Of a stretch of DNA of 64,000 bases, positions 59,222-64,000 are shown one piece after another. A program made the translations under genes and the position numbers. Position 1 is the first letter of the stretch. Every line of letters begins with the position of its first letter. Under the pieces are notes generated by a model, which was not told the DNA's origin, searched no databases, and saw only the letters and a list, made by a program, of their open reading frames with translations. The stretch lies in assembly GCA_963707915.1 (NCBI GenBank), contig OY970178.1, positions 1,664,001 through 1,728,000 on the forward strand. The letters run 5' to 3'. This DNA comes from Candidatus Eiseniibacteriota bacterium (lineage in GTDB: Bacteria > Eisenbacteria > RBG-16-71-46).

Positions 59222-62026
59222 CTACGCGGCCGCGCGCCCGGCGGCGAAGCCGGGCGGACGGGAGTGGGAGACGGGACTCACTTCGTCCGTCACGGGGCTG
59301 ACTTCGGGTTCCGACGAGGGCGGTTCCGCGCCGCCTGCGGAGTCCGCCACGGCGGGCATCCACTGCGAGTCGTAGACGATCTTCTCGGGCGCGTGCACGA
59401 CGACGATCCAGTTGCTCAGCTCCGCCTCGTGGCGGCCCCGCCCGTGCCAGCGGTGGAATCCGAGGTCCGTTCCGGCGGATCCGAGCCACGCCATGACGGC
59501 CGGAGCGAGCGGGTGCTCGGCCGGAACGGTCAGGCGGTCGTACCGTCCGCAGGCCAGCAGGACGGCGCCCCGCGGGCCCAGGAACGGAGCCAGCCCGTGC
59601 AGCAGCGCGGGGACCTCGGCCGCCGGCACGTCGTCGGTGAGGACCAGCGCGACGCTGGCGCCGGGATGGATCTCCGCGCGGATGCCGCGCAGCGTCGCCG
59701 CGTCGCCCAGCCCGCCGCGGACCTCCGCGCGCGAGGACTCCGCGTCCCCGGCCACCGCGGCCGGGCCGGCCCCCGCGGGGCCCGCCAGGATGAGGCGGCG
59801 CAGCGCGCACGGCACCGCCGTGTCGGGGCGCTGCGGCGTGCGCTTCACCAGCGAGACGATCTCGGGCGCCGCCGGCCCGCAGAAGACGACCTGGTCGGGC
59901 GTCAGCCCGCCCAGCAGCGCGCCGAGCGCGGCCAGTTCGTCCCCGGTCAGCGCGGTATCGGCGTTCCCCGGAGCGCCGTAGGCGCCGAGCCGCCCCATGC
60001 CCACGGGATCGTCCCAGCGCTCGCGCAGCACCGACACCAGTCGCGGGTACACCTGCGCCATGACCCCCTGGGGCCAGTAGCACCCCGGCCCCTTGAACAG
60101 GGCCTGGATGCCATCGCGGCGCAGCCGGGTGCGGGTCTGCTCGTCGCACGCCAGGGCGCTGTTGATGCTGCCGAAGTAGTTCTCGTCGTGGTAGAGGAGC
60201 GCCAGCCGGTCGGCCTCGAGCTTGGTCGGGAGGTCCATCCAGCGGAACAGGATGGCCGGCGAGAAGCCGTCGATGTCGGCGACCAGTTCGCGCGACCAGC
60301 CCCGCTCGGCGGCCCGCGCGTGGAGCGGGAGCCAGAGGTCCTGGAAGGCGAGCACGCCATCGCGCAGGCGGCCCTTCGCCACCCGCTGCGCGGGCGTGTT
60401 GGGGTCGACCTCCAGCACCGGGCGGACCCGGCCGGAGCCGTCCCGCTCGTAGCCGCAGGTGCTCCCCACGCACGCGGTGGTGCACACCTCGACCAGGATG
60501 GCGTTGCGGTTCCACTCCGGCTCGAAGTAGGCGTGCGCCTCCTGGCCCTCGAGCGCCAGGCGGCCCGCGCGCTTCGTGCAGGCCAGGTAGCAGCCCACCG
60601 TCCGGACCTCGCGCCCGCCCTGCCGCAGGATGCGCGCGATGTTGCGCTGGATGCTGCCGCTCCAGCCCAGGTCCAGCACGCCGACGGCCGGGTCGTCCCC
60701 GGCCAGCGGGGCCAGGTACTCGAACGCCAGCTCCCGGCTCTCGCGGTGACGTGACTCGATGAGCTCGCGGATGCGCGGCAGCCGGAAGATCGCGCCGAGG
60801 AACTGCAGGGCTGCGTCGGTCGAGGGCAGCGGGGTGCGCCGCCGGGCCTCGTCCATGAACTCGGCCCCCTCCGTGCCGAGGCCGAGGATCTCGAGGATGC
60901 CCTGCGGGGAGAGCTGCGCGGCGCCCTCGAGCAGCCCGGTCGCACCCGGCAGGTCCACCGCGGGCAGGGCGGCCCGGGCCGTGGCCATGCGGGAGGCGTA
61001 GCAGGTCTCGACCTGCAGCGGGATCCCGCGCGCCGCGGCCGACCGCGCCACCAGCTCGCCGAGCAGCTCGCCTTCGCGCATCAGGGCCAGCACGCGCCGC
61101 ACCCCCGCCCGGGCGTAGGTCTCGACGCACCAGTCGGCGAAGCGCGACAGCACCGGGCCGAGCACGAACGCCCCGTCGCGGAACGGGTCGTGGTCGCCGT
61201 CGGCCTGGCGCGCGGCGAGCAGGCGCAGCGGCTCGAGCGAACCGGCGCGCGGCCGCACGGGGCCCGACAGCTTCCGCTCCCCGCTCAGCGCCGCGCCCAG
61301 CGCGGGCGTGCTGCGGCGGTAGTGGAGCGCGTCCAGGCCGAGCCGGCGCGCCTGGTGCACGTCGACTTCCAGGTTGTCCCCGACATGGAGCACCTCGCCC
61401 GGGCACGCCTCGAAGCGCTGGAGCAGCTCGTGGTAGAGCGTCCCCTGGTGCCACTTGGCCTTGCCCAGCTCGCAGGAGACCAGCACGTCGTCGAACAGCG
61501 CGGCCGGCACGCCCTGCTCGCCGAGCATCTGCAGCAGCTCGGCGGCGGAGAAGTAGGTGTCCGAGACGATGGCCGTGCGGCAGCCGAGCGCGCGCACGTG
61601 CTCGGCCAGCGACACCATGGCCGGGTTCACGAAGGAGAGTCCGCGCTCGATGGAGAACTCGACGGCCCGCGCTGCGGCCGGATCGGTGACGACGTCGCCC
61701 AGCCCGGCATAGATCTCGTCCAGCGTGACCTCGGGCACCCGGCCCGCGGCGAGGCGCGCGCCGCGCACCCGCTCGTCCGCGGCGATGCGCGCCGACCGGT
61801 ACTCCGGCGGGGTGAACGCGGCCCGCAGGAGTCCCCGCTCGGCGAGCTGGCGCCCGGTCTCGATGAACAGGTCCGATGGTTCCGCACACAGGCGGAACAG
61901 CAGCGTGTCGAAGAAGTCGAACGAGACGAGCCGGGGCAGGACCGCTCCCGGCGCCAGGCGGTCCGCGAGCGGCCGGAGGCACTCGTCCCGCATCCAGTCT
62001 GCTCCCGTGCGCTCAACGTTCGGCAT
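59222..62026 (-). CDS. HAD phosphatase + PRT-like protein with C-terminal extension, putative ribofuranosyltransferase
   Basis: SFDFFDTLLFR, VSDTY, AK, HVGDNLEVD; LMREG; VLDLGWSGSIQ; HDENYFGS. Confidence 0.82.
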   Translation of the reverse strand: MPNVERTGADWMRDECLRPLADRLAPGAVLPRLVSFDFFDTLLFRLCAEPSDLFIETGRQLAERGLLRAAFTPPEYRSARIAADERVRGARLAAGRVPEVTLDEIYAGLGDVVTDPAAARAVEFSIERGLSFVNPAMVSLAEHVRALGCRTAIVSDTYFSAAELLQMLGEQGVPAALFDDVLVSCELGKAKWHQGTLYHELLQRFEACPGEVLHVGDNLEVDVHQARRLGLDALHYRRSTPALGAALSGERKLSGPVRPRAGSLEPLRLLAARQADGDHDPFRDGAFVLGPVLSRFADWCVETYARAGVRRVLALMREGELLGELVARSAAARGIPLQVETCYASRMATARAALPAVDLPGATGLLEGAAQLSPQGILEILGLGTEGAEFMDEARRRTPLPSTDAALQFLGAIFRLPRIRELIESRHRESRELAFEYLAPLAGDDPAVGVLDLGWSGSIQRNIARILRQGGREVRTVGCYLACTKRAGRLALEGQEAHAYFEPEWNRNAILVEVCTTACVGSTCGYERDGSGRVRPVLEVDPNTPAQRVAKGRLRDGVLAFQDLWLPLHARAAERGWSRELVADIDGFSPAILFRWMDLPTKLEADRLALLYHDENYFGSINSALACDEQTRTRLRRDGIQALFKGPGCYWPQGVMAQVYPRLVSVLRERWDDPVGMGRLGAYGAPGNADTALTGDELAALGALLGGLTPDQVVFCGPAAPEIVSLVKRTPQRPDTAVPCALRRLILAGPAGAGPAAVAGDAESSRAEVRGGLGDAATLRGIRAEIHPGASVALVLTDDVPAAEVPALLHGLAPFLGPRGAVLLACGRYDRLTVPAEHPLAPAVMAWLGSAGTDLGFHRWHGRGRHEAELSNWIVVVHAPEKIVYDSQWMPAVADSAGGAEPPSSEPEVSPVTDEVSPVSHSRPPGFAAGRAAA

Positions 62027-63749
62027 GGCCTGCCCCCTCGCTCCCGGAAGCCACGCGCGGGCCCGATGGCCCCGGTCCGCGGCGCGCGGCGATGACGTAC
62101 TGCAGGCCCACGTAGCCGTAGTGCGGCGCCGTGAACAGCGTGATCTCGACCTCCTGGAAACCGGCCGCGCGCAGCTCGTCGAGCAGGTCCCAGCCGAAGT
62201 CGTGGAGACGTTCCGCGGCGGGCCCGGGCTGCGGACCCGCCTTCCCGGCGCACGCGTCCGCGCCGCCGGCGTCGCCGCGCGAGAGCGTTTCGGTCCGTTC
62301 GAAGAAGAACGGGACGGTGAGCGCGAACCAGGCGCCCGGGCGCAGGCAGCGCGCGAACTCCCGCAGGGCGCGCCGGTAGTCGGGCACGCGCTCGAGGAGA
62401 TCGAGGGTGAGGATCGCGTCGAAGGCCCCGTCGGGGAACGTCAGCTGCGTGACGTCCTCGTTGCGGATCCCGCCGGGCGCGCGCCGCCCGAGCGGTACGC
62501 CCGCCCCCTGGTAGGCGGCGGTCACCGCGCGCGGGAAGAAGGTCCGGACCCGGTCGAACACCGGGCCGGGGTCGGTGCAGAAGACCACCGAGCCGGAGCC
62601 GAGCCCCGGCAACTGGGTGAGCAGGTGGACGCTCGAGCGATGCCGGGCGTTCAGGCCGCACCGGCAGACCTGGCGCTCGCGCCACACCGGCAGCCGCCGG
62701 CCGGCCGCGGCCGGTTCGGCGAAGCGGTAGTCGGTGGTGAACCGGCCCGGCTGGCCGCAGACCACGCAGAAGCCGGGCAACTGGAACTCCTTGCCCTCCG
62801 GCGGGGCCAGCGGTTCCTGCTCGCGCAGCCGGGTCGAGAGCCGCTGCGCGAACAGCCGGTCGAAGGCCGGCTTGCTCTCGACCGAGAAGACCTCGAGCAG
62901 GTGCGGTCCCCAGAGGTATCCCGCGGCGACCGCCGGGGTCTTCCGGTCCTCGTGCAGCTCGCGCAGGGCCATGCAGACCAGCTGGGTGCGGTTGCGCTCC
63001 ATCCGCTCGATCAGCGGGTTGCCGGCGAGCGGTCGGAGCAGCTCGGCGATCGCCGGGGCCCAGGCCGCGTCGCGCGAGTAGACGATCCCGAGACCGAAGA
63101 TCGCCGGGATCACCTCGAAGCAGAGCTCCGGGTGTCCCGCCATGAAGTCCTCGATCGCCGTCTTGACCCCGTTGCGCGGCCCGCCGGCCGCGACGGCGAT
63201 GCCGAACCCCGCCCCGTCGCCCCAGCCGCCCGGGACGAGCCCCGGCTGGTCGAAGCCCACTCCGCCATCATGGGAGTACGGCTGCCGCGCGTGCTCCGGG
63301 ATGCGGTCCGGGGCGTAGTACAGGTCGCGCCGGCCCCACGGCCACTCCACGTCGTGCTCGAAGACCAGCAGTGGCCGGCCCTCGCTCCGCTGGCGCGCGG
63401 CGATGAGCTCGAGCTCCTCGCGCACGGTGTGGTAGTTGTGATCGCCGTCGATGATGTGGGCGTCGATCCCGGCCAGCGTGCCCAGCGCCTCCAGGCTCGC
63501 CTGCTCGAGGAACCGGAAGTGCGGATCGTCGCGGTGCCGCGCGAAGAACTCCAGGGCGTGCGGCTGCGGGGCCGGGTCGATGGTGATGAGCTGCCCGCCG
63601 GTACGGCGCGCGTGGTCGCACAGCTCCTGCGTGAACGCCCCGTACTCGGCGCCGATCTCCGCGATGCGCCGCGCCCCGGCCCGGGCGAGCGCCTCGAGCA
63701 GGATCTCGCGGAAGCAGACGAGTGAGTAGAGGAACGGGGAATCCGTCAT
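62013..63749 (-). CDS. tandem SAM-dependent methyltransferase (two MTase domains separated by a Cys cluster)
   Basis: AEIGAEYG, IDGDHNYHTV..EL, FEHDV; CVVCG...CRCG; EDVTQLTFPDGAFD.IL..D.LERVPD...LRPG. Confidence 0.85.
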   Translation of the reverse strand: MTDSPFLYSLVCFREILLEALARAGARRIAEIGAEYGAFTQELCDHARRTGGQLITIDPAPQPHALEFFARHRDDPHFRFLEQASLEALGTLAGIDAHIIDGDHNYHTVREELELIAARQRSEGRPLLVFEHDVEWPWGRRDLYYAPDRIPEHARQPYSHDGGVGFDQPGLVPGGWGDGAGFGIAVAAGGPRNGVKTAIEDFMAGHPELCFEVIPAIFGLGIVYSRDAAWAPAIAELLRPLAGNPLIERMERNRTQLVCMALRELHEDRKTPAVAAGYLWGPHLLEVFSVESKPAFDRLFAQRLSTRLREQEPLAPPEGKEFQLPGFCVVCGQPGRFTTDYRFAEPAAAGRRLPVWRERQVCRCGLNARHRSSVHLLTQLPGLGSGSVVFCTDPGPVFDRVRTFFPRAVTAAYQGAGVPLGRRAPGGIRNEDVTQLTFPDGAFDAILTLDLLERVPDYRRALREFARCLRPGAWFALTVPFFFERTETLSRGDAGGADACAGKAGPQPGPAAERLHDFGWDLLDELRAAGFQEVEITLFTAPHYGYVGLQYVIAARRGPGPSGPRVASGSEGAGHAER

Positions 63750-64000
63750 CGTGCGGGTCTCCCTGGCGATCGCGCGCATGCCCTGCCGCGGCGTGGTCGT
63801 GCCTGCGGCCCGGTGCCCGGAAACGCAACATCCGGGCCATGACGGACCGCAGGACGTGCCGCCCGCCTCGTGCCCGGGCCCGTTCGAATGCGGCAGGTGC
63901 TTCGCTGCGCGGCCGTTCGCACCGTCCGGCCGGGCACCCGGGTGCGCCGGACGCCGGTGGCCGCCCGGGCCAGCGCCCCGGAGGAGCGGGCTCGCCCCGG

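Noticed and set aside
50190..61982. Giant ORFs (1217, 2237 and 1393 aa) joining kinases, HAD and GT2 genes
   Set aside because: They are chance stop-free frames in high-GC DNA plus frameshifts. The individual genes have their own starts, RBSs and stops.

Overview
GC-rich bacterial DNA holding an almost complete motility supercluster. From left to right it contains: (i) a chemotaxis region on the minus strand (cheY, CheZ-like protein, REC-REC-CheX, STAS, cheA, then cheW-mcp-mcp-cheW-porin-mcp-cheR); (ii) motA-motB plus a degenerate HD-GYP regulator; (iii) a roughly 28 kb minus-strand block of basal body, hook and export genes with three sigma-54 promoters and a sigma-54 activator; (iv) flgL, flagellin, flbT, flaF and flgM under sigma-28-type promoters; (v) two sensor kinases and a single-domain response regulator; (vi) a glycan-modification cluster (double methyltransferase, two HAD plus PRT-like proteins, GT2). 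The basal-body genes look Gemmatimonadota/Eisenbacteria-like (inference from recalled features, not searched). The most notable result is a hybrid design: an alphaproteobacterial-type flagellin-FlbT-FlaF module with a structured 5' leader sits inside a FliA/FlgM hierarchy, with no fliD, fliS, fliW or csrA in the window. Next to it are two probable PRPP-dependent ribofuranosyltransferases. Twelve genes carry frameshifts, mostly +1 insertions, which are probably long-read consensus errors. No rRNA, tRNA, CRISPR array or mobile element was recognised.
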